A program made the translations under genes and the position numbers. A stretch of 62,617 nt of DNA, counting the filler, from Dugesia japonica (taxonomy: Eukaryota): the NCBI GenBank assembly GCA_001938525.1. It is 6 parts of 6 records of this genome, joined end to end, with 100 filler letters (N's around TTAATTAATTAA, not from the genome) between each part and the next. Parts side by side here need not be neighbours in the genome. Positions count along the whole stretch, not along the records: positions 36,005 to 47,341 come from MQRL01622735.1; positions 47,442 to 62,617 come from MQRL01496623.1; 4 more parts are not named here. One strand, given 5' to 3'. A model generated the notes under the pieces. It searched no databases and was not told the DNA's origin. It saw only the letters and a list, made by a program, of their open reading frames with translations. Positions 40,190 through 52,180 of the stretch are shown piece after piece. The first letter of the stretch is position 1. Every line of letters begins with the position of its first letter.

Positions 40190-40440
40190 TGGATACTGTA
40201 AATCAATGAATGCAGTAAGCCAGTAGATACGGTATTATTGTATTCATACTAANNNNNNNNNNNNNNNNNNNNNNNNAGTAAGCTGATGAATAGAGTAAGC
40301 CCATTGGAATCGTAAGTTAATAGATATAGAAAGCCAGTGGGTATTGTAAACTAGTGGGCTTAAATACAGTAAGCGATTGAATAGAGTAATCCAATAGGTT
40401 TTAAAGGCTAATAGATACAGAAAGCTAATGAATAGAGCAA
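40190..40440. repeat. Degenerate minisatellite (agtaagc/agaaagc core)
   Basis: Recurrent agtaagc...gaatagag motifs roughly every 20 bp. Confidence 0.55.
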
Positions 40441-40831
40441 TATTTTTATTAGTTTCAAAATTTATCAATGTAATTTTATTATTTAAATGTAAATATATTT
40501 ACGAATTTAAAACATTATTTTAAATTTTATGTATAGTTTATTATATTAAAATTTATTTGAAGCCTACTATTTTAAAATTTTATCNNNNNNNNNNTTTTTT
40601 TAATTTAAAATTTCCTATGTATCAATAGTAAATAATCTACTGAAATTTCTGTAATTGATAAAACATTTTCAAGTCTTAATATAAAAATAAATGATAAATT
40701 AAATATTGAAATATTATGAATACAAATTGACATGTAAAATTTTAAAATTTAATTAAAAGTATATTTAAAGTTAACACAAGAAGCTTAAAAAAACAATGAA
40801 ATCAAGTGATGGGAAGAAAAAAATTTTTTAG

Positions 40832-41474
40832 CATTATGTTTTTTAAGCTATGTATAGGTAACCTTTTATTTTGAATCTAATGATATCAAATTCAAAGCAA
40901 TATGATTAGTTTTATGTTTCACTGAGCAGCTACATTCATCTTGGAAACTAAGCATATTTATATAATAAACCTTACATAAGATAAAATCAGTTTTTAATTC
41001 TAAGTCTAGTGATGCCAAGTTTGTCATCATACAATCATTTTTGACTGAGAAAATAAGTATCAAAATTTTAAATTGAAGCCTTCAACATTTATTTTATAGG
41101 GAAAGGAGCATTTTTAAAAAAAATGAATGGAAGCATTGCTGACCCACTTTTGTGTTTTCTTTCTAATGATATCGCTTTCGATCAAAAATTTCCAAACCTA
41201 AATAGGGGGTATATATCAGTGCGCACATACCTTTATCTCGAGAGTGAATCCCTTTTCCATGAGAGTCTATTAGAAATGTATACCGTTTTTAATTCTGATT
41301 CGAATGGCATCAAAATATTTTAAATTATAATTATTTTTAATTATATTTATAATTTATAAATAATTACATATTTATATTTTATTTTCTGAACAAAGCATTT
41401 TTCGATGTATTTTAGGCAATGTATAGGTAACTTTTATTTCAGGGTCTAATGATATTAAATTCAAAGCCATATGA
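40832..41474 (+). repeat. ~85-bp direct repeat pair (40832-40905 and 41396-41474)
   Basis: atgtataggtaac.ttttattt...tctaatgatat.aaattcaaagc.atatga occurs twice. Confidence 0.75.
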
Positions 41475-44057
41475 CATTTATTGACAAAAATAATTATAAA
41501 AGAAAGTTTAAATGTTTCAGTTCGTACCATACTCTTTCAGCGAGAACCAAACTTAATTCGACAAAAATAACGTAAATTTCAGAACGTTTTTAATTGAGTC
41601 CAACTATACCAAATTTGATGTAATACGATAAAATTTGCAATAAAAATTTAAACAAAAATTCCAAATTTCAAACTTTCGCAACATAATTTCGACCAATAAA
41701 ATTCGAAATCGAAAATATTCTCAAACCAAAAATGCGTACCGTAAACTAAAACAATCAATTTTCTAGAACACTTTCACCGAGGGGGTTCTGAGCCGTGCCA
41801 CATTTATCTATCTACGTTAATATCGTCATTTTATATTCGATAATTACTTTATTCTTTGTTTAAATAGTACTGATTTACATTGTATCTAATGATGTCGAAT
41901 TATTATAATATTTTATAATATGCTGTATTGTTTTTATTTTTTAGAATTGTTATGGATAACCTTGATAATATTGCATTAATTGATAATGATTTTCAGTAAT
42001 ATGTCGAGAAGCTTACATCAAAATTTCTTTTCTAATGGATCCTACATTCCCAAAAACTATTTTAAAATTAAAAAAATAAAAAATAAAAAGTTAAAAATAA
42101 TAAAGAATAATTTTTATTAAGTAAGTTTTCTATCAAAAGTAGAAGAGTGTGAGATTCTAAGAAGTTTATAGAAATGTAACTAATGATGCAATAATTATTG
42201 ACAAATTTAATAATATTTGTGGTTATCATATTTAAAAGCAAACAACAAATTCATCTAAAAATAAATCATTTTGAAATTAAAAATGTAGAGTTGAAAAAAA
42301 AAATTCCTTTACATCAAAGTTCTTTATCAAATAAATGCCAACTGTCATTCATTTTTAATAAAATGCGAATAAAATTTTTCAGATGTAACAATTTCTCTAA
42401 AAATGAATTAAAGTAAAAAAAATTCATCGATTAATATTTTATTAGTTAATAACAAGAAATTAAAACCAGAAGCAAACAAATTATTCTTGAAAATCGGTTA
42501 AAATATATATGAGAACATCCCTGAGAACTCTCAAAGCTAGACTACAGCTTAATTCCCCATTTTAATATTAATCATTTGACCGCGTTAAACGAAAAATAAA
42601 ATTGGATCTGAAAAATGCAAATTTTTCATAAAAAATAAAATATTCTTTAAAGTTCCTTTTAATTTTCTTAAATCAATATCTTGTTTCAATGCATCAAAAA
42701 TTATTTTTCAGGTTATATTTTGGGGTAGGGGGGCTTAAAAATCGAAATTTAAGTATCGAAATGGAAATAAATTCAGGCGACTTTAGTCGATTTAAGCGTC
42801 CAAAGGGTTAATATGTAAATTTCAGTAGCGTAGCCTTTTAGTATTAGTTATCATCCACAGTAGACGTTCAATTTAATTAACACAGATTTTATTAAATTCT
42901 TGTGTTTATAAACCTTTATCTTCTTAAAAAACCATATGCTAGTTATATTGTAAATTATATTAATCAGAATGGATGACTGGTAATAGTTAATAAAATAGAA
43001 GTTCTATAGTACGAGTACCGCGTACTAGAATTATTTAAAATAAAAAAAACTCTTGTTTCAATAGAGTTTTAATCTTTTGATTTTACATATAGATTTTGGT
43101 GCCCCAGACGGTTGACCGATCAGCCTCCTCTTAATATGGCCATGTTAACTAGATTTTCTCCAGCTTTCTTATGGTTCTACAAAATTATTCTAAAATTTTT
43201 ACTGAAATAAATGTTACTATTTTCAAAACGACCACACAGTTGAAAGATTTATTTTCTCAATAATTTCAGTGAGATTGTTATTATCAACAAATCAATTAAT
43301 GTAAATAGAATATAACCCGAAAATCATAAATTATTAGAAATACTAGACAGACATATTTGGAATAGCAATCCAATTTATAATAATTTGTTTATATTTCTAT
43401 ATTTTATTGATATTCTTTCCATAAAGAAAATTTCTTGCATTAAAAATATTTTTGATAAAATACATGATTTTTAAAACTATTGAAGATGACGATATTTATT
43501 CATTTTAAAACATCTGTGTTTCTCAATTAATAAAATATTTCCACCAATAAAAACTCATTAATTATAATGAAATTCAAATTATATATAAATATAAATAAAC
43601 CATCCATAAATAGAATACGATTTTGTTTACATTTGAAAACCATTATGAAAATATTATTATAAAATTAGTTAATTGATGAAATTTATTCATTAATTTTATT
43701 AATTTTATTAATTTTACACATTGCTAACTAACTAATGTTGAATCTTTGACATTATAAACTTGTCTAAACCATACTTTGTCAAATAAAATTTCGTATTTAA
43801 TTGCAAACATATTTTTACGGTTCTGGTTTTTGTTTAAATGAAAACTTGATGGTGTTTTAATTTAATTTCAATTCTGTAGGGGAAAACGGTCTCAAAGAAA
43901 TTCTATTTGGATATATAAGGCCAATCATAAAATACGATTGGGACAAAATTTCCTTATTGTAAACAGTTGTTATTAAAAAAAGTATTCAGTAATTGGTTAA
44001 TTTTATTATTTTCTATGTTCCTCAGTCGATAATAAATCATCTGTAACATACATTATC

Positions 44058-45302
44058 CAGTGCTGTAATCGTAAAATAAGATGATGTAATAGATATACTG
44101 TAAATATGCTATAAGAATCANATGGTATACTATATAAATGAGGCAGGAGGCATTTAAAAAATGACGAAAATATAATTTGAATTAAGAACGTTTATTTTTA
44201 TTATTGTAGCAACATGTCCCAAAGAGCTTAACAAAATGCATCAGAACAAATCTCACTCGAACATACATTTGATTGCGTATCTGTTGTTGAACGATAGTTT
44301 AGTAACCAAGATCGTACATATTTTTTTGTTTGAAAATCTGCAACTGGCGTTAATTAACATTAAATTTGATACATTTGCATATTCATCAAACTGAAACCTT
44401 GTTCGCACTCAGCTGTCGAACATTGTAACTAGGATACTGTAGTTAATTACTCCAGCACAAATTTTATATTCTTCGTGAAGTATCTTAATCCTGCAACGGC
44501 TTCTAGCTCATCGATATTAAATCTTCTAAATATTCTCCTTACTTTTGATTATAACAATCCACAAGTTAAACAATTTACTAGCACAATCTTTTCCCATTCC
44601 TTCGATTGAACATTTACTCCACTCGTCAGAAATATGTAATTTTTATTTTTTGAAACAGGGTAAAGCTTTTACAGTTGAAAATAAATTACATCCAAGTTTG
44701 ACATTTGAACTTATAAACCACGTATATTTGTCTAGAAAATCTGACCACTCAGACATTCCATATTTCAGGCCATTTTACTTTCGATTTTGCTATTCGAGAT
44801 ACGTTGCTGATGGTAACCATTAATAATGTATTATTCGATATTTTTTCATCCTTTTTATCATCTTGTAATTCGTTGTATTCCAATTTTTTTAGTACATAAC
44901 TGTCCAGTTGTTTAGCCATTGGTCCATGATAAAAATTATTACAATCGATTTTGTTTCATTATTTCTAGGAAAAATATTAAATAAAAGTATGAATGTATCA
45001 TAATTTTTTTCTCCGATTGTATCCGCAACCAAGGCTCCTACATAATAAATAACTTTAACACAGACAACTGGTAGTTCTCCACCACTATTGGCTACAAGCT
45101 ACTGCGCAACCAGTTGTCATATATCTACTGCACTGACATAAGGATTAAATTTTTAAATATTATGAATTGTTTCATTTCTTTAAGTATTTGAACATGTATT
45201 ATCTGTAGTAATTTTTAATAAGTATCGGATATACGCTATTCGTTCAAATCAAACCACAGAATATACGCCGTATACCACCATGTACCCTTCATTACAGCCT
45301 TG
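44058..45302 (-). mobile_element. Internally deleted hAT element with KIAA1586-like transposase remnants
   Basis: TIRs cagtgctgtaat / attacagccttg; perfect 8-bp TSD ACATTATC; WPEIW..EWSDFLDKYTWF...KLGC at the N-terminus and STAECEQGFSLMN (hAT dimerisation) at the C-terminus. Confidence 0.9.
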
Positions 45303-46518
45303 ACATTATCCAAATATGAAAATAAAACAATCTTATTGAAAGGGTTGATTTTACTGCCCAATTTAGTTTCAGTTTTTGTTTAAGAAAGGTTTTTAAATGA
45401 TTTAAATACGTAAAAGAAAAAAAGAATTTCAGTTTTTAATTGAAATATTACTAAAGTTTTTATTTAAATTTATTTAATTGTTATATTATTTTTATTTTAT
45501 TTTGAATGAATTAATCTTTAGTAAATTTTTAAAAATTTTTTTTAATATTGTTTAATAATTTGGTTGATTTTATTTTCGGATCTTTTTAAAAGTGAAGTTA
45601 TTAAATTGTAATTGTCAACTGGAAAATTATTACTAGATCTATTTATTAGTTTCAAGTTAGTATTTTTCTATTGAAAATATATTGTAAACTTTTAGTTGTT
45701 TAATTCTAATATTTTTATTAATTGTTGAATTTTTGTAACTTGTAATAAGTAATAATATTTGCTGTAAAAATTGCTGGTAATTATTACAAAAACATTTTTC
45801 ATTAAATGATTTTTATTTATTTATTATTTGTTTAAATTTATCAATACAATTTCTGAAAAATTTTTTTGAAAAATTAAAAATTATTTTGAAGAATTATTGA
45901 AATGTTTATTATTAGAAAAAATGTATATTGTTTTTAAAAATCGATACTTAAATATAAATGCATTATTTTCAGATATGGATTATTTGTTTAAACATGATGG
46001 ATTATTCATGCGTATTTTTCAACTTTAATAAAACAATTGTGGCATTGAATAAAAATTATGGACAATTGTGAAATTCTCAATTTAACTAATAGTTACATTT
46101 TTAATTGTTCTCAGTTTTTATTCATAAAGATGTAGAGAAATAATAAATGAAACTCATCATATATAATCAATTCGTTTTTCATGATCGCTTTTCATCAGGT
46201 TTGTGGCCCTCCACTCACATCTTTATAAAAACATTCGCATTGTAATTAAGACTTGATTACAATAAATGCAACCAAAAGAAAAAATAAATAAGGTTTTTTT
46301 AAATTCAAAGAATAAGTAATAAGTTTAAAATACCGCATCGACAAATCCTGTGTTAATGCAACTGAAGTAACAAAGTAATTTGAATGTCATCTATATAATT
46401 TACAGTCATATTACAGAATAACAAATAGAATGCGGTTCAAGAATAATATATATTATATTGGAGGTTTCATTAAAATAAACAAAAAGCTTCGATTAAAATA
46501 AAATTTATTTGTAAAGAA

Positions 46519-46747
46519 ATTCAAATTTTCAACACACTTGTCTTCTTTAAAAATGATGACTTTCTGATGGATTCAAATTGACTATCGATCATTGCTACAA
46601 ATTCTTAATCTTTTATTGACATTTTTTTAATAGACCAATAAAATCTCGATAAAAGATTAAGAATTTGTAGCAATGATCGATCGTCAATTTGAATCCATCA
46701 GAAAGTCATCATTCCTGAAGAAGACAAGAATTGTCGAAAATTTGAAT
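46519..46747. repeat. Long foldback palindrome (MITE-like)
   Basis: Core arms 46552-46616 / 46649-46713 (65 bp, one mismatch), extending outward imperfectly. Confidence 0.9.
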
Positions 46748-47341
46748 GTAAAATTCTATTTTTATTAATTAGTTAAATATCTGATATTTTATTAATGAAA
46801 GAAAAAAATATTATTGTGTGATGACGAATAAAATTTTTCAAGTAAAATGAAAATGAAATGAACAATAAAATTCTGTCTTATTTGAAATGGGTATGTTAAT
46901 GTGGCTAAAGAAAATAACACTAAATGGCATTACGGCAACAATCATGGAGAACTTTATTAAGGTTTATATGATAAATTTATAGAATAAATGGATATTATAA
47001 GAATAAGCATAGAAAATGTTTAATAAAAATTTATTTATTTATTTAAAAATCTTCTCACTATATCATAATAAATAAAAATATTGTTATTGGATAATTAAGT
47101 GATATATTAATAATTAACAATAAATAAAAAGAACTAAGCCAATTAAGGCAAACTTTATAATGTTTTAATTATAAAACCGAACAGCTGCTGTGAAATTTTT
47201 ATTTATAAATTGATGAATAATTTTAAAACTAAAATGATTAATGTATAAAACACATGTAAAGCATTGATAATTTGATATCATGATACAAAAATCAATTGTC
47301 AGACTGGTCTTTTTAAGTCTGTAATAAATGTTTTTAATTGA

Positions 47342-47441
47342 NNNNNNNNNNNNNNNNNNNNNNNNNNNNNNNNNNNNNNNNNNNNTTAATTAATTAANNN
47401 NNNNNNNNNNNNNNNNNNNNNNNNNNNNNNNNNNNNNNNNN
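47342..47441. other. Artificial 100-bp spacer
   Basis: 44N-TTAATTAATTAA-44N. Confidence 0.95.
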
Positions 47442-47691
47442 CCTTTGTCCAGAACAATTTATGGAGTGTACGAAACTCTCTTGCAGGGGCTAACGATGAA
47501 AATATAGCCGGTGGGGACTCTTGATTATCATGATGGTGAATTTGACTCTGAAAATATATTTGGTGTACGGGTTGTCTTTTCTCTGTTGATTTTCTGGTGG
47601 TGTTGAAATTTATGCTCCATTAAGAATGATTGTGTTTCTATAATAATTAATTAGCCTTCATTGATCAATGACTGATTTTGTCTTTTTCTAG

Positions 47692-48059
47692 TGCACTCAT
47701 CGTTAAATCGATCGGCCGCTCCAACCGAAAAACTTCGCGAGGACAGCAAAGAGAGGGAAATGACGTGGGACCTCTACCGCTTGGCTAAGCGTAGATGGGA
47801 GGCCGAAGTGGCTACAGCAAGCGCCAAAGTTAAGCGTTACCGGGCCAAATGCCGTAGCATCCGGGAGGAAATGGGCCTTGTTCAGGCGCAAGAACGAGTA
47901 TGGAAGGCCCAAGTCGAGTCCTTTTCTGAACTCATCCGGTCCGGCCATGACCGAGAAAATAAACTGGTTAATGACATCTTAGCTTTAAAAGCAAAGTCAT
48001 ACCTTGAGCCCCTTATGATTGATAAGGGTACTCAAACAAAGAACTCCGCCCCACCTTGA
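47692..48059 (+). CDS. Module 1: phase-1 terminal exon, coiled-coil protein with a C-terminal KGTQT motif
   Basis: tctttttctag acceptor; intact GC-rich frame; AATAAA at 48070. Confidence 0.6.
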
Positions 48060-48182
48060 ATTTTGATATAATAAAATTATTTTTCTGTGTATGTCTCTTG
48101 TATTGCTAAAATTTTGCCAGGTCGTATTTGGTGATGATAAGATATTTGGATTACACTTTTCATATATCGTTTGTAATTTCAG

Positions 48183-48565
48183 TGGTCCGAATTCAATTCC
48201 CTAATAGCCTAAGGCNNNNNNNNNNNNNNNNNCGCCGCCTCCTGGTAGAGCGTCATTTGAAGCGCAAAGCGGAACAGGCCTTGTTGAAACACCTGGATCA
48301 ACGAGATAGGTTAATTAAAAAGCTGTATCTCGTTGTCAAAAAACCGTCCGATTTAGCGGCCCAAACTAGGGCGTTAGAGACGGAGAACAAACTCCTGTTG
48401 CAACGCAAGGTCAATTTCCTCAAGCAGTACATCGCTGACTTGTCCCGCCAACTAGGCGATCCTAACATCTCTCAATGGGATGAAGATGACGACATTGCGG
48501 CTTTTAACTTTGTCGCCACTTCCCCAGACCAATGGTTAGATCCTGCCGCTTTGGATCTCATCTAA
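48183..48565 (+). CDS. Module 2: phase-1 terminal exon, basic/zipper-like coiled coil with an acidic-hydrophobic tail
   Basis: aatttcag acceptor; open frame across a short N run; paralogue at 49003; AATAAA at 48578. Confidence 0.65.
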
Positions 48566-48699
48566 ATGTTATTTGATAATAAATGCCTAATTAGTAGAAA
48601 TGCCTTAATTCGTTACTTAATAATAAATGTTTAATTAATAGAAATGATTTAAATATTACCGGGAAAATATAGAACCCGAACAAAAGGCTTATTGGTGAG

Positions 48700-48835
48700 C
48701 ACCTTCCATCAAGGGTAAGGTCAACCGCAATAATCCGAAAACCTATCATAGGGACGGTAGGGTTAAATTCTTGAAAGGGCTCCCCTGAGGACTGTTTTCC
48801 CCAGTCACTTTTTCTAACTCAGGTGNAGCCCCAAC
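48700..48835. other. Structured motif copy 1 (multi-stem)
   Basis: Stems gggct/agccc, cctga/tcagg, gactg/cagtc and cctatc/ggtagg; covaries with copy 2. Confidence 0.6.
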
Positions 48836-49002
48836 TAAAGCACCCAAACTAAACCGATATCAAATGGCTAGACTTTTTCTATATCTGTAAATAAATGATT
48901 AGTTAGTAAATCCTTACCTTTGTGCGTCTTATTTAGTTAGGGGAGTTTCGTTCTATATAAAATAAATTAATTATTTCTTTTCATTAATACTTCCTTATCA
49001 AG

Positions 49003-49385
49003 TGCCACGGATCACATTTCCGAACAGCTTAAGACGGTTTCACCGGATAATGCGTCGCCTACTCATCGAAAGACAGTTAAAACGTAAAACCGACCGAGCG
49101 TTATTAAAACACCTAGCCCAAAGGGACCAAATGATAAAGAAACTAGATTTGATAGTAAAAAAGTAAAACGATTAAGCCACGCAAACTAAGGCTCTAGAGA
49201 ATCAAACCCAACTGTTATTGCAAAGGAAAATNNNNNNNNNNNNNNNNNNNNNNGGGGATCTTTCTTGCCAGATTGGTAATCCCTCTTGGTTGCAGTAGAA
49301 CGATGATGATGATGTAGCCACCTTTAACCTTTTAACGATGGATCTAGGCCAGTGGCTAGACTCTAGTGCATTAGATCTCCTATAG
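49003..49385 (+). pseudogene. Module 3: decayed paralogue of module 2
   Basis: AG|TG phase 1; PRITFPNSLR...RRLLIERQLKRK...LLKHL...QWLDSSALDLL with one frameshift and internal stops; AATAAA at 49397. Confidence 0.85.
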
Positions 49386-49489
49386 TTTTCATATGAAATA
49401 AATTTTTTCGTGTTCAAATTATTGTAGTATCAATAAAGTAATGACGATAGAGAAAATCGCGAACCCAAATTTAAAGGTATATGGGCGCG

Positions 49490-49632
49490 TACCTCTCATT
49501 AACCTAGAGGTCAACCACCACATGCCGAATGCCTAACTTAGGGACGTTAGGTTAAATTCTTGAAGGGGTCTCCTGAAGGCTGTTTTTCCCCAGCCACGTT
49601 TTTTTTGACCGAACTCAGGTAAAACCCCAACA
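49490..49632. other. Structured motif copy 2, ending in the LTR-like terminus GGTAAAACCCCAACA
   Basis: Stems ggggt/acccc, cctga/tcagg, ggctg/cagcc, cctaac/gttagg and acctct/agaggt. Confidence 0.6.
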
Positions 49633-49694
49633 CAAAAAGACTTTTTCTATCTAAATCTTTAAACGTGATTTCTTGTTTAATGTCAATTTCTAAG

Positions 49695-49969
49695 GATGCT
49701 ACCTCACTGGTAGACCTAAAAAATGGTCCTCCTTGCAAGAGAAATTGCAGACATAAATCACAAAGCTACAACAAAGAAACACCAAACTCCAGAAACAGAA
49801 CGTCACATTGAAGAAACAAGACCTCGTCTTGTCATAGTCAAGCCATATAATGGCCAACATCATAAAGTCATATGCGGAACGAGTATCAGCACTAATGTCA
49901 ACTGTGCGTACCTTAGTCTAGTTCTCTTTAATCAAAGAAACGATCAAACCGAAGACAAGAATAAAATAA
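49695..49969 (+). pseudogene. Module 4: decayed phase-1 coiled-coil exon
   Basis: aatttctaag acceptor; frame CYLTGRPKKWSSLQEKLQT*ITKLQQRNTKLQKQNVTLKKQ... shows heptad leucines and 3 internal stops; AATAAA at 49960. Confidence 0.45.
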
Positions 49970-51074
49970 CAAAATATCGACGAACCATGAAAAATTTGTT
50001 TTATGTAAATAAGTCTTTAGTTATAAAGACATATTTATAAGCTTTTCAATCTTGAATGAATGAAAAATGGATAACCAGAGACAGTAAAAGGAAAAACAAC
50101 TGTAGCTCAAAAACTGAATTATGCAAGGACAGGACATTAGTCCGCATGGACAAAGGGTAGATGGAACAATGCACAAGTTCTGCCGGCGTTAGGATATCTA
50201 CTCCTAGAAGATTTCATGATAGAAACAGTGACAAAGAAGGAAAATCAAGAGAATGGTTCACGGATAAATAATAACATCATAAACTTCGAAGTCCAACAAA
50301 TGTTAAATTATCTTCTTTATCTTTTTAATATGTTACAAGATATTTTCATGTAAATTTTGAATGTAACTAATAACTGTTAAATAAATAAAAAATTAAAATA
50401 TATACGACCTTCTTATGAAATAAGGATTGTCAGTGGCCTTTAACAAAAAGCTTCCCAAACCTTGGCATGAACTAATTTATAGTTGACAGCAATCAAAATT
50501 GTAGATTAATTTTTTAATCTATTGTTACGGAAATTTAAGTAAACGAAACGCCATAATTTATCTCTAAAATATTATTTTAAGTTATAGTCAAACAGGCAAT
50601 CGAGTTGATTAAATAACAAAAATAAAATTCATTGAAATTATAAATTTTAAAAACATTAAATTACTTAATTTAAATGGCATAGCGTCAATTTTGTTTTAAT
50701 ATTTTAATTCAACCTTGTCAAATCAATTATTAATTTGTCATTTATTAGTTTTCAATTATCAACTTAGAAAGTTGTAAAAGAAATTTTCTATAAAAAATAT
50801 ATCGATATTGTTAATATTCAGCGAAATACTTATCTAAGTTATTTGGTATTATTAACATTGATTTGTGCCTAAAGTTATTTACAATAAATAAATTCAAAGC
50901 CATATCCTTAAGATAAGCAAATTCAATAGTTTTTTTAAAATTTAAACATATTTGAAAACAAATACAAATTACGATTAAACTAAGTTCAACCCTACAAAAT
51001 TTATTCAATAAAAATTAAGAATTTTTGATAAAATAATTTTATTAAACCTAAAAATAATTTCTGGTTATAAATCA

Positions 51075-51492
51075 TCAAATCATAACATCTCCATTCTACA
51101 AAACATAAAATCTATTAAAATGAAATTAATTTATTAACTTGAACTGCTTTAACTTCATCAGGTGACAAATATTTTCTTCGGAATCGTTTATCAAGATAAA
51201 TATCACTAACCGCTTGATCTGAAGGTATTTTGCATTTAACTTTGAAAGCAGATGATATTCTTTTAATTTCCGAATTTTCTGTACATTGTGTGTTGAAGTT
51301 CACAACTACATTTTTATTAAATAATTTGTAGTAAAATAGTACCTTCATTTTTCCGAATTGGGAATTTAATCATTGGCTTATGACTATTAACCTATATTAT
51401 AATTTTATAAGAAAATTATTTGCACTTATAGACATCACTTTTGTAATAAATCGAAAACTTAAAATAATATTCTTTGAAAAATTACGAAACAT
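51075..51492 (-). CDS. KGD4: KGD4/MRPS36 (alpha-ketoglutarate dehydrogenase subunit 4), ~96 aa; exons 51492-51439, 51391-51343, 51305-51139, 51095-51075
   Basis: Presequence-like MFRNFSKNIILSFRFITK; HKPMIKFP (cf. HTPLIRFP); KRFRRKYLSPDEVKAVQNG (cf. QKYRRKLVSQEEMEFIQRGG); three phase-consistent GT-AG introns of 47, 37 and 43 bp. Confidence 0.85.
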
Positions 51493-51644
51493 TTCAAAAT
51501 AAATAATTAAAATGAATTACTAAAACAAAGAAATAACAATTTAAAATAAATCAACTTTTATGCTATCTTTCGGTAATTATTTTAACTTAATTGAATTAAT
51601 TAAAATATTGATAAGATAAGATATTAGTAATTTTGTATTGACTT

Positions 51645-52100
51645 GAACCACCTAAGTGTTTGAAACAACTTCTTGGATTTATAGGGCTTACAAATTATTA
51701 CAGAAAATTTAATAAAAATTATTCAAAACACTCGAGGATATTAGAAAGTTTATGTGGAAACCATAAAAATAAATTAATTTGGTCAGATCAATGTAAACAA
51801 AGTTTTGAAGCTTTAAAGCGAGAATTAATGAAGGCTCCTATTCTTATTTATCCAGATTTATCCAAAGAATTCATACTAGATACAGCTGCCACCTTTGAAA
51901 CAATTGGTAGAGTATTATCACAGTTAGATGAACAACGAAATAAATGCGTTATATCTTATGAAATAAAAGCAATTAGTAAGCATGAATTAAGTTATTGTAA
52001 AACCAGGAAAGAGCTTCTAGCAATATATTATTTTACGAAACATTATAAACACTATTTATACGGGAAAAGATTTAAGCTTCGAAATGATCACACGCCATAA
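51645..52100 (+). mobile_element. Ty3/gypsy pol fragment (RT thumb to RNase H)
   Basis: LGFIGLTNYYRKF, LIYPDLSKEFILDT, RKELLAI and YLYGKRFKLRNDH motifs. Confidence 0.92.
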
Positions 52101-52180
52101 CTTTTATTTTAAAATTACAATTATTGTGAGAATAATTGTTGGATTTAACAATTGATCGCATTTGAGATTTCATGAAAATC

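Noticed and set aside
43005-43030. Helitron 3' end (hairpin plus CTAG)
   Set aside because: CTAG overlaps the stem, and no 5' TC end or Rep/Hel sequence was found
48785-48812. Hammerhead ribozyme (CTGAGGA followed by a stem)
   Set aside because: No GAAA after the stem, and the paralogous copy reads CTGAAGG
49525-49560. Twister-like loop (GTCCCTAAG on the minus strand)
   Set aside because: The downstream GAGGG pseudoknot partner and P1/P2 arrangement were not found
47680-49970. Modules as spliced-leader trans-spliced cistrons using the flatworm SL terminal AUG
   Set aside because: That needs phase 0; all four are phase 1, and an AUG joined to module 1 hits a stop within five codons
49723-50040. 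105-aa ORF from the track
   Set aside because: No recognisable features; the overlapping frame with heptads and an acceptor explains the region better
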